Assembly: GCA_963823555.1 (NCBI GenBank)
Contig: CAWGMA010000001.1
Location: forward strand, 2,240,103 to 2,304,102
Reading direction: 5' to 3'
DNA length: 64,000 nucleotides
Source: Candidatus Eiseniibacteriota bacterium
GTDB lineage: Bacteria; Eisenbacteria; RBG-16-71-46; CAVPCR01
The position numbers and the translations under genes are program-made. This document shows, in pieces, positions 31,025 to 41,300 of this stretch. The notes under the pieces are model-generated. The model did no database searches. It saw nothing but the letters and a program-made list of their open reading frames with translations, and had not been told where the DNA came from. The stretch's first letter is position 1. Each line of letters starts with the position of its first letter.

Positions 31025-32452
31025 ATGGAGCCATTCGAAAGCTACGCCGATGAGATCGTGGGCCGGGCCCGTGCGGCCGCCATCGCCTTCCGCCGCCTCG
31101 ACCAGGAGGCGGTGGACCGCATCGTCGAGGCCGCCTTCCGCGCCGCGTTCAACGCGCGGCGCGAGCTGGCGGAGCTCGCCGCCGAGGAGACCGGGATCGG
31201 CGTTCTCGAGCACAAGGTGGTCAAGAACGCCTGGTCGAGCCTCCTCATCTACGAGCACATCCGGCTCCAGCGCACGGTCGGGATCCTCGCCAACGACCCC
31301 GATCGCGGCATCACCGAGGTGGCGCAGCCGATCGGTCCGGTGCTCGCGCTCACCCCGCTCACCAACCCGACCTCGACGATCATCTTCAAGATCCTGATCT
31401 GCTTGAAGACACGCAACCCGCTCATCGTGAGCCCGCATCGCGGCGCCCGCAAGTGCGGCCGCGAGACGGTGCGCGTCATGGCCGAGGCCGCCACCGCGGC
31501 CGGCGCGCCCGCGGATGCGGTGCAGGTCATGACCAAGGCGCAGATCGAGTACCTCGACGCCGTGATGCGCCACCGCAAGCTCGCGCTCATCCTCGCCACC
31601 GGCACCCAGGCCATGGTCCGCCGCGCGCAGATGTCCGGGACACCCACGCTCGGCGTCGGCCCGGGGAACGTCCCCGTCTATGTCCATCACTCCGCCGACA
31701 TCCCCTACGCCTCGCGCATGATCGTGCACTCGAAAACCTTCGATAATGGCACGGTATGCGCGAGCGAGCAGGCGCTCGTCGTCGAGCCCGATGTCGATCC
31801 TGAGATGCGCCGGCTCCTCGCGGAGCGCGGCGCCTACTTCTGCAACGAGGAAGAGATGCGGGCGCTGGGGCCGGTCTGCTTCGACCGCGAGAACCAGGTC
31901 ATGCGCACCGATGTCGTCGGGCGGCCGGCGCGCTACGTCGCCGAGAAGGCGGGGTTCTCGGTGCCCGAATCGACCCGCCTCCTCGTCGCCGAACCCGGCG
32001 GCGTCGGCCTCGATCATCCGCTCTCGTTCGAGATCCTGGCCCCGGTCCTCGCCTACTACCGCGTGCCCGACTACGCGACCGCCCTCGAGGTCTGCCGCGC
32101 CGTGACGCACCTGGGAGGCATCGGACACACCGTCGGCGTCTACTGCAACGACGACCGCGTGGTCAACGACTTCGCCGGCATGGATGCGGCCCGCATCCTC
32201 GTCAACACGCCCACCACCGAGGGCGCCCTCGGCGGCATCTACAATCATCCGCCGCCCTCGCTCACGCTCGCCTGCGGACCGGGCGCGGGCAACGTCACCA
32301 CCGACAACATCTCGATCAACCATCTCCTGAGCATCCATCGCGTGGCGCGCATGCGAAAGAACGAGCGCTGGCTCTCGATCCCGCGCCAGACCTGGATGGA
32401 TCCGGCGGTCGGCGCCGACGAGATCCGCACCCTCTACAACAAGAACTACTAG
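31025..32452 (+). CDS. CoA-acylating aldehyde dehydrogenase (AdhE N-terminal/EutE type)
   Basis: TPLTNPTST, LATGT, GVGPGNVP, SKTFDNGTVCASEQ, EILAP, SLTLACG. Confidence 0.9.
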   Translation: MEPFESYADEIVGRARAAAIAFRRLDQEAVDRIVEAAFRAAFNARRELAELAAEETGIGVLEHKVVKNAWSSLLIYEHIRLQRTVGILANDPDRGITEVAQPIGPVLALTPLTNPTSTIIFKILICLKTRNPLIVSPHRGARKCGRETVRVMAEAATAAGAPADAVQVMTKAQIEYLDAVMRHRKLALILATGTQAMVRRAQMSGTPTLGVGPGNVPVYVHHSADIPYASRMIVHSKTFDNGTVCASEQALVVEPDVDPEMRRLLAERGAYFCNEEEMRALGPVCFDRENQVMRTDVVGRPARYVAEKAGFSVPESTRLLVAEPGGVGLDHPLSFEILAPVLAYYRVPDYATALEVCRAVTHLGGIGHTVGVYCNDDRVVNDFAGMDAARILVNTPTTEGALGGIYNHPPPSLTLACGPGAGNVTTDNISINHLLSIHRVARMRKNERWLSIPRQTWMDPAVGADEIRTLYNKNY

Positions 32453-32498
32453 GCCCGGCCCCCAGGGAGTAGAATGGTGGTTGAAGGAGGGATGAGCC

Positions 32499-33464
32499 AT
32501 GCCTCGTCCAGCACTTCCCACCGCCACCCTCGTCGCTTCCTCGCTCCTCCTCGCGGCCGGCGCGACCACCGCCATCGCCCAGTGCATCGTCGAGGAGGCG
32601 TACGATCCCCCGTCCTTCACCAACGTCCATAACGCCGACAACACGGCGCAGTCCTTCACCCCGATCCGTTCGTTCCGCCTGGATGCCGTCGAGCTCGGCC
32701 TCTCCGCCGGCACGGAGGGCTGGGCGGTGATGGCCATCCAGGACGCACCGGTGTCACCCGGGATCATCTACGAATCGGCGCAGACCCAGGTCACCGCCTC
32801 GGGATTCGTGCGTTTCGACGTGCGGGACGTACCCGTCATGGCCGGAGTCACCTACTACATCACCCTGAGTGTGCAATACGCCAACATTCGCTGGCGCTGG
32901 GGCGAGGCCGACCCCTACCCCCGCGGTCGCGCCTACGTGAACGGCAATCCGCAGAACTACAATTTCCTCTTTCGCACCTGCAGTCCGAACGAGACCTACT
33001 GCGTCGTCCACGAAGCCTACGACCCGCCGGTCTGGACCGGCAACATCAACACCAGCCAGGGAGTCCTCGCCCAGTCGTTCACCTCGGCGCAGTCCTTCAC
33101 CATCGACGGCGTCGAGCTCCTCCTCGACACGCTCACGCCGACGACCGTCACCGCCTACTTGCAGGATGGGCCCACGGACTCGCCCGGCTTGATCCATGCC
33201 ATCGGCTACGCCAGCTTCTCGGGCCCCGGCTTCATCTACTTCGACCTGGCCCCGGTCCCCATCGTGCCGGGGACCACGTACTACCTGCGCATCGATGGCG
33301 CGGCGCGCTGGTTCTACGGCGAGCAGTTCCTCTACGAGGGCGGCCAGGCCTTCATCAACAACATCGTGTGGGTCAACGATTTCATCTTCCGCACCTGCTC
33401 CGAGCCCGTCCCCGTGGAGCCGGAGACCTGGGGCGCGATCAAGATGCGCTACCGCTCGCCATGA
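32499..33464 (+). CDS. Secreted hypothetical protein with an internal domain duplication, ending VPVEPETWGAIKMRYRSP
   Basis: Signal peptide and two copies of C.V.EAYDPP..AQSFT..VEL..G.TYY..G.A..N..F.FRTCS. Confidence 0.85.
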   Translation: MPRPALPTATLVASSLLLAAGATTAIAQCIVEEAYDPPSFTNVHNADNTAQSFTPIRSFRLDAVELGLSAGTEGWAVMAIQDAPVSPGIIYESAQTQVTASGFVRFDVRDVPVMAGVTYYITLSVQYANIRWRWGEADPYPRGRAYVNGNPQNYNFLFRTCSPNETYCVVHEAYDPPVWTGNINTSQGVLAQSFTSAQSFTIDGVELLLDTLTPTTVTAYLQDGPTDSPGLIHAIGYASFSGPGFIYFDLAPVPIVPGTTYYLRIDGAARWFYGEQFLYEGGQAFINNIVWVNDFIFRTCSEPVPVEPETWGAIKMRYRSP

Positions 33465-33604
33465 TGCCGATCGGTTGCCCCATCGGCGGCCGCCGGAGGT
33501 AGGATGGCTGAGGGGGGGACGGCTCTGATACGAGCGCCGATCCCGGGCGGAGGGTCCGAAACTCGAGGTATTGCTCCGTTAAGGACCGTGAAGGGGGCAA
33601 CGGG

Positions 33605-36600
33605 ATGCATGCGTCTTCATCTCTAGCGAGCCAACGAGCCCGGCTCGCGCTGCTCGCGCTTGGGCTCGCCCTGACGATCGCCCGGCCGGCGCTCGCGGCA
33701 GCCGCCACTGAAATGCCGGTCCAGATCCGCTACGGGGAGCTGGATCGGCTGATCGCGACCCTGCCGCGCTCTACGCCGCCAGGCAAGGCGGAGGCCACCA
33801 AGGCGGGCGAGCTCTTCCAGGAGCTCCGCCGCCCGGGCTGGGATCTCCTCGCCCGAGCCGGGGCGCCCGCCCTGCCGATCCGCGCCGAGCAGGTCGTCCT
33901 GCCGGCGGGCATGACCGCCGCTGGCGTTCGCGCCGTGTCCCTCTCCGCGGTGCGGCTCCCCGCTCCCGAGCTGCCTCCCGCCCAGCCACCGGCGATCCTC
34001 GGCCTGGTCGGGTTCGATGTGCCGGAGCCCGGAGCGGTGCCGCCCGATCCGGCGATCTATGCGGGTCTCACCCCCTACCCCGGCGAGCTCGCTGTCTTCC
34101 GCGGGGCCGGGCACTTCGCCGATCTCTCGGTCGCCTCCTGCGAGGTGCACCCGATCCAGTACGACCCCACCACCCGTGAGCTCATCGTGCACACGGAGAT
34201 CGCCCTCACCTTCGACCTCGTCCCTGATCCGGAAGCGGCGACGAAGCTCGCGACGACGCCCGAGCGCGAGATGAACCGCATCGCCCGCACGATCGCCCGC
34301 CGCACCATGCGCGGCGCCGAGGGGATCGCCGTCACCGAGAAGGGGCTCGCGACCGGGAGCGCGGGCGCGGTCGACCCCGAGGCCTACCAGTACGTGATCA
34401 TCGCCACCGAGGGGCAGGCCGCGACCTACCGCGCGCTCGCCGAATGGAAGACGGCGAAGGGAGTCCCCGCCACGGTCGTCTCCACGCGCTGGATCCAGGA
34501 GAATCAGACCGGCCGCGACCTCCCCGAGAAGATGCGCAACTTCATCCGCCAGGCGGTCGCCGACTGGGGGACCTCCTATGTCCTCCTCGCCGGTGACGAG
34601 TGGCTCGTCCCCAGCCGTGTGAGCTGGGCCTTCGATTGCCAGGCCCGGCTGTTGCCGAACGAGAACGATCTCTATGCCGATCTCTACTACGCCGATCTCG
34701 ACGGCAACTGGGATCGGAACCGCAACGGTATCTTCGGCGAGGTCTCGGACCAGGTCGACCTCTACCCCGACCTCCTCGTCGGACGGATGACCACGAGCGA
34801 CGTCAACCAGGCCACCGCTCTCATCCAGAAGCTCATCCGCTACGACCAGCATCTCGACGCCGGGCAGGGGACCGAGACCCTCCTGTTCGCCGAGGTGCTG
34901 TGGCACGACCCCTATACCGACGGTGGCGTCGGCATGGACATGATCGCCGATCGCTACGCGGGGCTCTTCCCCGGCCCGGTCACGCGCCTCTACGAGACGC
35001 TGGGCAACGAGTCCGCGACCTCGGTCTTCAACGCCTTGAACCAGGGCCCGCTGCTCGCGAGCCACGACGGTCATGCCCTCTACGATGTCATGAGCTGCGG
35101 CAGCGGGTATCTCCGCAACCCCGATGTGGACCGCCTGAGAAACGGGGCGCGCGGCTTCGTCATGTTCTCGATCGGGTGCTGGGCGGCGGCCTTCGATCAC
35201 GATTCGATCGCCGAACACTTCGTCAACAACACGAGCGGTGGCGCCATCGCCTTCGTCGGCAACTCGCGCTATGGCTGGGGTTCGCCGGGGAATCCGGGCT
35301 GGGGCTACTCGGACACCTTCGCCTCCGACTTCTGGGGCGCCCTCCTCGAGGAGGGGTTGACCGAGCTCGGGGCCGCCCTCATGTGGCCGAAGATCCTTCG
35401 CATCCCCTACTCGCAGGATCCGAACGTGTATCGCTGGCACCAGTACCAGGTGAACCTGCTCGGCGACCCCGAGATGACCTGCCACCTGGCCGAGGTGGCG
35501 GCGATGAACCTCGAGGCGCCGGCCGTGATCCCGGTCGGCCCGGGTGAGTTCACGGCGACCGTGAGCGACGCCGCGGGACCGGTCGCCGGCGCGCGACTCT
35601 GTCTCGCCGGAGATCAAGTCTACGCCGTGGGCACGAGCGACGAGACCGGACAGGTGACGTTCGCGGTCGACGTGCCGGCCGCGACCCCGCTCACCCTGAC
35701 CGCCACCGCCCAGAATCACACCTTCGCCCAGGCGACGATCACCGCCGGTAACGCGCCTCACCTGGCGATCACGGGGGTGCGCATCGATGATGACGCCACC
35801 TTGCCCTCCAGCGGCAACGGCGACGGCGAGATCGCCCGCGGCGAGACGGTCGAGCTCTATCTCACCGTCGAGAATCGCGGCGGCGAGGACTGCCCCGAGC
35901 TCACGGGCACGCTGGTCGCCGAGGATCCGCACCTGGTGCTGATCGAGGACAGCGTTCAGTTTGGCGATGTGCCCGGAGGCGGCGCAGCGACGAATACGGT
36001 GCCCCTGGTCGTGCGCGTGGATGGGGATGGACCGTCCCAGGCGATCCATTTGCTCCCCATCCAGTTCAGCGACTCAGACGGCCATGGGCTCACAACGTCG
36101 ATACCAATGGATGTCGTCGCTCCGGGCACTCGCCTCGGGGAGGTCACGGCGGCCGTGGTCGTCGGCAACGGCGATCGCGTGGTCGACCCCGGCGAGACGG
36201 TCGCCCTCACGATCAAGGTGGAGAACTCCGGGCGCGGCCAGTCCGCGCCGGTGAACGCGATCCTGCACGTCTCCTCGCCCGGCGCCCGCGTCACCCGCGC
36301 GACGGCGGCCACGGCGGGCGGCATCGGTCCCGGCGAGGCGGCCGAGCTCTACCCACCCTTCGAGGTCGTGATCGACGCCGCGTGCGCCATTCCGGCCTGC
36401 ATCAGCTTCGAGGTCGAGCTGGATCAGGGCACGACGAAGGAGCGCGAGACCGCGCACCTGACGATCGGCGAGGCCGGGCTCCTGGCCGACATGGAGGACG
36501 AGGATGGCTGGACCTGCGAGGGTGAGGCCAACCTCTGGCATCGCACCGCCGACCGCGTGAACTCGGGCGAGGCGAGCTGGTACTGCGGGACGGCCGAGGG

Positions 36601-37252
36601 CCAGTATCCCAACAACGCCGAGTGCACGCTCGCGAGCCCCGAGTTCGTGGTGCCGCCCGACGCCGAGGTCGCGTTCTGGTGCTACTTCGACGTCACCACC
36701 TACGGCTCGGACGGCCTCTACCTCGAGGTGCGGGACGGCGATGAGTGGCGCGTCCTCTACTACATCGGCAGCGGCGGCGCGCTGGATCCGCTCCTGTTCA
36801 TCAACCGGTGGGCCGAGCACAAGCTCCCGCTCGACCTCGAGCCAGGCACCCCGACCCAGGTCCGATTCCGCTTCAAGAGCGATGCGAGCGCGGTGGCCGA
36901 GGGCTTCTACGTCGACGATGTCACCGTGCGCGCCAAGAGCACGATCCCCATCGCCGCACCGGACCTCGGCGCGCCGCTGGCCCTGTTCGCGGCCTCGGCC
37001 AACCCGATCGAGAGCAGTGGGCTGTGGCGGGTGGCGCTGCCGGCGGCAGCATGGATCGAGGCCCGCCTCTTCGATGCCAACGGCCGGCTGGTGCGGGATC
37101 TGGCCGGCTTCGACGCCACGGCCGGCGTCCACGAGCTCCGCTGGGATGGCATCACCGATCGCGGCTTCGCGGCCCCCAACGGGATCTACTTCCTGCGCGT
37201 CGAGGCCGGCGGGCGGCAGACGATCCGCAAGGTGGTGAAGCTCCCGAACTGA
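33605..37252 (+). CDS. Gingipain-like peptidase C25 with propeptide, Ig-like repeats and a C-terminal FlgD-Ig domain
   Basis: WKTAKG, YVLLAGD, ADLYYADLDG, VGRM, HDGHA and SIGCW (His/Cys dyad), NLLGDP. Confidence 0.9.
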   Translation: MHASSSLASQRARLALLALGLALTIARPALAAAATEMPVQIRYGELDRLIATLPRSTPPGKAEATKAGELFQELRRPGWDLLARAGAPALPIRAEQVVLPAGMTAAGVRAVSLSAVRLPAPELPPAQPPAILGLVGFDVPEPGAVPPDPAIYAGLTPYPGELAVFRGAGHFADLSVASCEVHPIQYDPTTRELIVHTEIALTFDLVPDPEAATKLATTPEREMNRIARTIARRTMRGAEGIAVTEKGLATGSAGAVDPEAYQYVIIATEGQAATYRALAEWKTAKGVPATVVSTRWIQENQTGRDLPEKMRNFIRQAVADWGTSYVLLAGDEWLVPSRVSWAFDCQARLLPNENDLYADLYYADLDGNWDRNRNGIFGEVSDQVDLYPDLLVGRMTTSDVNQATALIQKLIRYDQHLDAGQGTETLLFAEVLWHDPYTDGGVGMDMIADRYAGLFPGPVTRLYETLGNESATSVFNALNQGPLLASHDGHALYDVMSCGSGYLRNPDVDRLRNGARGFVMFSIGCWAAAFDHDSIAEHFVNNTSGGAIAFVGNSRYGWGSPGNPGWGYSDTFASDFWGALLEEGLTELGAALMWPKILRIPYSQDPNVYRWHQYQVNLLGDPEMTCHLAEVAAMNLEAPAVIPVGPGEFTATVSDAAGPVAGARLCLAGDQVYAVGTSDETGQVTFAVDVPAATPLTLTATAQNHTFAQATITAGNAPHLAITGVRIDDDATLPSSGNGDGEIARGETVELYLTVENRGGEDCPELTGTLVAEDPHLVLIEDSVQFGDVPGGGAATNTVPLVVRVDGDGPSQAIHLLPIQFSDSDGHGLTTSIPMDVVAPGTRLGEVTAAVVVGNGDRVVDPGETVALTIKVENSGRGQSAPVNAILHVSSPGARVTRATAATAGGIGPGEAAELYPPFEVVIDAACAIPACISFEVELDQGTTKERETAHLTIGEAGLLADMEDEDGWTCEGEANLWHRTADRVNSGEASWYCGTAEGQYPNNAECTLASPEFVVPPDAEVAFWCYFDVTTYGSDGLYLEVRDGDEWRVLYYIGSGGALDPLLFINRWAEHKLPLDLEPGTPTQVRFRFKSDASAVAEGFYVDDVTVRAKSTIPIAAPDLGAPLALFAASANPIESSGLWRVALPAAAWIEARLFDANGRLVRDLAGFDATAGVHELRWDGITDRGFAAPNGIYFLRVEAGGRQTIRKVVKLPN

Positions 37253-37257
37253 TCCCG

Positions 37258-38352
37258 CTAGGGCAGGAAGCGCTCGGGGTGCGCGAGCTTGCGCGGCAGG
37301 TACTCGTCGATCACGTAGTTGAGCCCGTGCTTGGCCAGCGCCTGCTGCTCGGCGCGCACCCCCATCTTGAGCATCTGCTCGATCGCCTTCTGCCACGGCT
37401 TGTGGTGCTGGATGAAGGGATCGTTCTTGAGCGCGTCCTTGGCCCGCTTGATGTCCACGTCCTTGAGCGGGTGCGTGGGCAGCTCGTAGTCGATGATGTC
37501 CTGCGGGCGTGACGCCGAGGAAGCGCGCCTGCGGCACGCAGAAGAACTCGTTCAGGTGGGCGGCGTTGCCCGAGCCCACCTTGAGCGTGCGGTAGATGTT
37601 GGAGTAGCCGTAGGGATCGCCGTCGACGAAGACGTAGACCGGGATCTTCTTCTCGTCGGCCAGGCGGCGGATGAAGCGGCGGCAGGCGCGGGTCGGCACG
37701 CCGCCCATCGAGATCAGGATGCAGTTCGGCGGTCTTCCAGTAGTTGTGCTTGACCAGGCGCTGGAACATGCCGGCGGTCTCGATGACGAGGATGAACTTG
37801 GCCTTGGTCTCGAACTGGAGGTGCTCGACCGAGATCGGGATCGAGTAGGCGCCGCGACCCGAACTTGCGTGCAGTCGATGCCGCAGCGCCTCGCCGGTGT
37901 CGCGGATCGCGGTCGATGACGACCAGCCGCCCGGCCACGTCGCCGCCCTTCTCCTCGGGGATGAAGCCGAGCTGCTCGCGGTTGACGCCGAACAGCGCCT
38001 CGACGTCGTCCATGACCGTGTCCGATTCGGGCTGCTCGTCGAAGCGCGCATCGCCCCAGTTCTTGCGAGACGTAGTAGGCCTCTCGCTTGGTGGCGATGT
38101 CGTCCGTCCTCGACCAGCTCCTTGGAGAGCGCCATCATGCGCAGCGTCTGGGCGAAGGTCTTGACCGTGTCGACGGTGAGGGTGCGCTCCTTGCGCTTGC
38201 CGCGGAGCTCGAAGTAGCCCCTTGGCGACGGCGTAGCGCACGTTGGCCAGCGAACGCAGCGGGAAGCGGAGCGAGGGCTTCTTCCCGGCCATGATCTCGC
38301 CGTGGATGTCCTTCGCCGTGCCCTTGATGCGCGGGACGAGCTTCTCTGCCAT
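37258..38352 (-). CDS. top6A: DNA topoisomerase VI subunit A with multiple frameshifts
   Basis: Read across frames: KTFAQT, TKREAYY, FDEQPESD, VIETAGMFQRL, GGVPTRACRRF, FVDGDPYG, RAEQQAL. Confidence 0.9.
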
Positions 38353-38377
38353 CGGTGGTTCCTTCCCTGGCTCGGAC

Positions 38378-41300
38378 CTAGAGCGGTGTGCGGCTGCGCT
38401 CGAGCGTGTCCTTGAGCTTGTCGACGACCTTGGTCTCCTCGCGCTCGCTGAGGCTCAGGATCTCCCTGAGCGCGATTCCGATGTGCGGGATGTACTTCTC
38501 GATGTAGGAGCGCTTGAGTGCGGCCTCGCGCGAGCTTGGCTCGCCTTGCGGATGTAGGCGCCGAGCCGCCGGCCGCACTCCTGGAGGCCGAGCTTGATCT
38601 CCTTCAGGATCTCCGGGTAGCTGCGCGATCGCCTCCTTCGATTCCGAGGTGAAGGGCACCCAGGCCGAAGCGATGTGCACCATGATGAGCATCGGGGCCG
38701 AGGGCAGGGCTCCCTTCGATTGCTGGATGCCGTAGCTCCGCCAGCTCGTGGTGAGAACACCGCGCGTGATGGCGCAGGCCGATTGCTGGTAGAGGAGCGG
38801 CACCCGGTTGGCGAAGCGGACGAGCTCGGCGAGCTCGTCGGCGGGCCGCTCCCCGCCGTAGGCGATCCCGACCTCGACCTGGAAGGGATTTCCGCGGTAG
38901 ACGGCCGGCGGCCGCGTCACGGCGGTCACGAAGTCGGCCGCCCCTTGCTGCTCGAGTCCCGCGCTGAGCGCCTCGTCGCCGATCGGCGACAGGCAGTTGG
39001 TGGGCGGCGCCATCATCTTGACCGCGCCGATGGCCTTGAAGAGCGCCTCCGCCGCGTCGCGGTGCACGCGCGCCGGAGAGGTGGTGGGCGCGAGCCGGGC
39101 ATGGCCCAGGATCTCGTCGGCGGCCTTCGCCGACACGCGCGAGAACTCCCCGGTCAGGAACGAGTGCACGTTCCGTGCCCGCGTGTCCTTGAGCATCTTC
39201 ATCAAGATGCCGAGCTCGACGCCGTGGGGATGCGGCTTGATCTCCTTCGGCTCGCGCGGGAGCTCGGTCGTCGCACGCTCGAATCGCATCACCTCGCCCT
39301 TGGGCGAGTGGTAGACGATGGTGGCGTGGGGGTTGGCGAGCGCCGTCATCTCGATGTAGCCATCCACCGAGCGCCGCCCCTTCTTGTAGGTGGCCTCGAT
39401 CTCGAGCTCGACGCGGGTGCCGTGCTCGCATTCCCACGCGACCTCCTCGTCGCGGGCGATGACCGGCAGGTTCTTCCGGGTGTCGATCTGGATCTGGAAG
39501 TGGTGGGCCGGGCGGTTGGCGCCGGTGCGCGAGGTGATCGAGATCGGCTTCCCCGTGGTGAGCTGGCCGTACATGCCGGCGGCGGAGATCCCGATGCCTT
39601 GCTGCCCGCGAGAGTTGTGGCAGGCGAGGAACCCCTCCCCCGCGACGAAGTTCTCGCAGCCGGGAACCGACAGGTCATACACGAACGGGTGATCCCCCGT
39701 GACCTCGCGTATCTCGCGGACACGGAGCAGACAGAGATCCGATTCGGCGAAGCTCTTGATGACATCGATCTCGTTCCGCAGTTCCTCCGCCTTGTGGGTC
39801 GCCACATAATCCTGTCCAACGGCCTCGAGGTATCCCTGCGAGACCAAGTGGTTGGCCAGGTGGCGGGTCACGCGGGCCTGGGCCAGGGACGAGAGGCTCG
39901 CGGTATCGTAGGCGTGCCCTTCCTCGAACCCCTCGATCAGAGCCACCGACTTGGCCCCACCCGCAGAACCCAGGCCCAGTCCCGCCGCCCTCAGCAGGGG
40001 GCCGACCTCAGGCGTCACGCGGCTCCCCGCACCAGCACCCGCCATGCCGAACTTCTCCACCGGGAACATGCGATAGCGATTCCACGCCCGGCGGCGCGAT
40101 CGGCGCTCAAGAGCCGATGCAGTGGCGATATCGGACCCATGAACGTCCAACCGCCATGAGGTGGAGGGTTCACGGCCCAGCCCTCGCTGGCGATAGGGTC
40201 CGCTCCTGGAGGCCACGACACCCTGCAGCAACCAGAGTGCCTCGACATCGGCGATGAGTTCCCGGCTCGCTGAGCCGAACATGAGAACATCCCGGCCCTT
40301 GACCCGGTGACCGTCGCCGCGATAGAGCCCATCGAGGAAGCACTGGCGGAGCTCGTGCGACGCGTGGAAGACGAACCATGGGACTCTCTTCGACCGCGCA
40401 CCTCGCCCACACCACGCCGGCATCAGCCGATCGACGATCCCCCCGAACACCTTGACGCGCACGGCATGGCGCGGCCTTTCCTCGATACTGGCCGAGAGCC
40501 CCAGGAATCTCGCGGTGCGCATCACGTCATCGACCAGCTCAGTCTCACCGCTGCCGAAGGTGAACGCGATCTGGCGTCGATCGCTGTGTCCCTCGGCAAC
40601 GTAGAGACCTAGAAAGCGCATCAGCGCGGGGGTGAGAGGCCAGGCGCTCGGCATCTCGCATGGCACCCCATGACGGTAGGTGCGCAGGACCCCGGTGGCT
40701 TCAGTCTCGAGCCCGAGCCTCTTGACGAGGCGGGCAGGAAGAAAGCCCTGGCTCTCGTACTGGCGCCAGCTGTCATCCAGAACATCGACATGACCGCCGC
40801 TGGCGGCGGCGAGTCGGAGGTACCGACGGGACCGATTCGCGCTCTTCTTGTGGATGGCCCTGGCGCCCTCACGCAGCGAACGCAGCAGTGCGAGCGGAAG
40901 CCCGTAAACAAATACGGCTCGGCCGGCGAGATCCTCAGCCTGAACCTCGGAGAGGAGGCAGATGGTTTCTACGCCCGCAGGCTCGGCCAGACGGCGCGGC
41001 GCGATGATGCAGTCATCAGGCTCGAGCGATCGTGCGGCAACAGCGCGAACTTCGTGAGCAGCCGAAGCAAAGGTGAACAGACTGTGGCATCCTGTGACCC
41101 GGACTCGCTTGCCGCACTCCGTACGGATCTCGAGGATCTCGTTTTCACGCCGATGGCGGATGACGTGGCTGACCGGACGCCAGTCGTACTTCCAGGTCGC
41201 CGGATCGAAGGCCGGGACGCGCCAGCCAAGGTCCGTCACGTCACGCACCTCGTCCCCATCCCCGAGCACTCCATCGACGAGCCGCCCGATCGGGATCCGT

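Noticed and set aside
29463..32452. ACP-Kbl or Kbl-ALDH fusion proteins implied by ORFs 29070-30683, 29668-29874 and 30077-32452
   Set aside because: The joins lie in an indel-rich block. Kbl has its own stop at 30980 and the ALDH has its own ATG at 31025.
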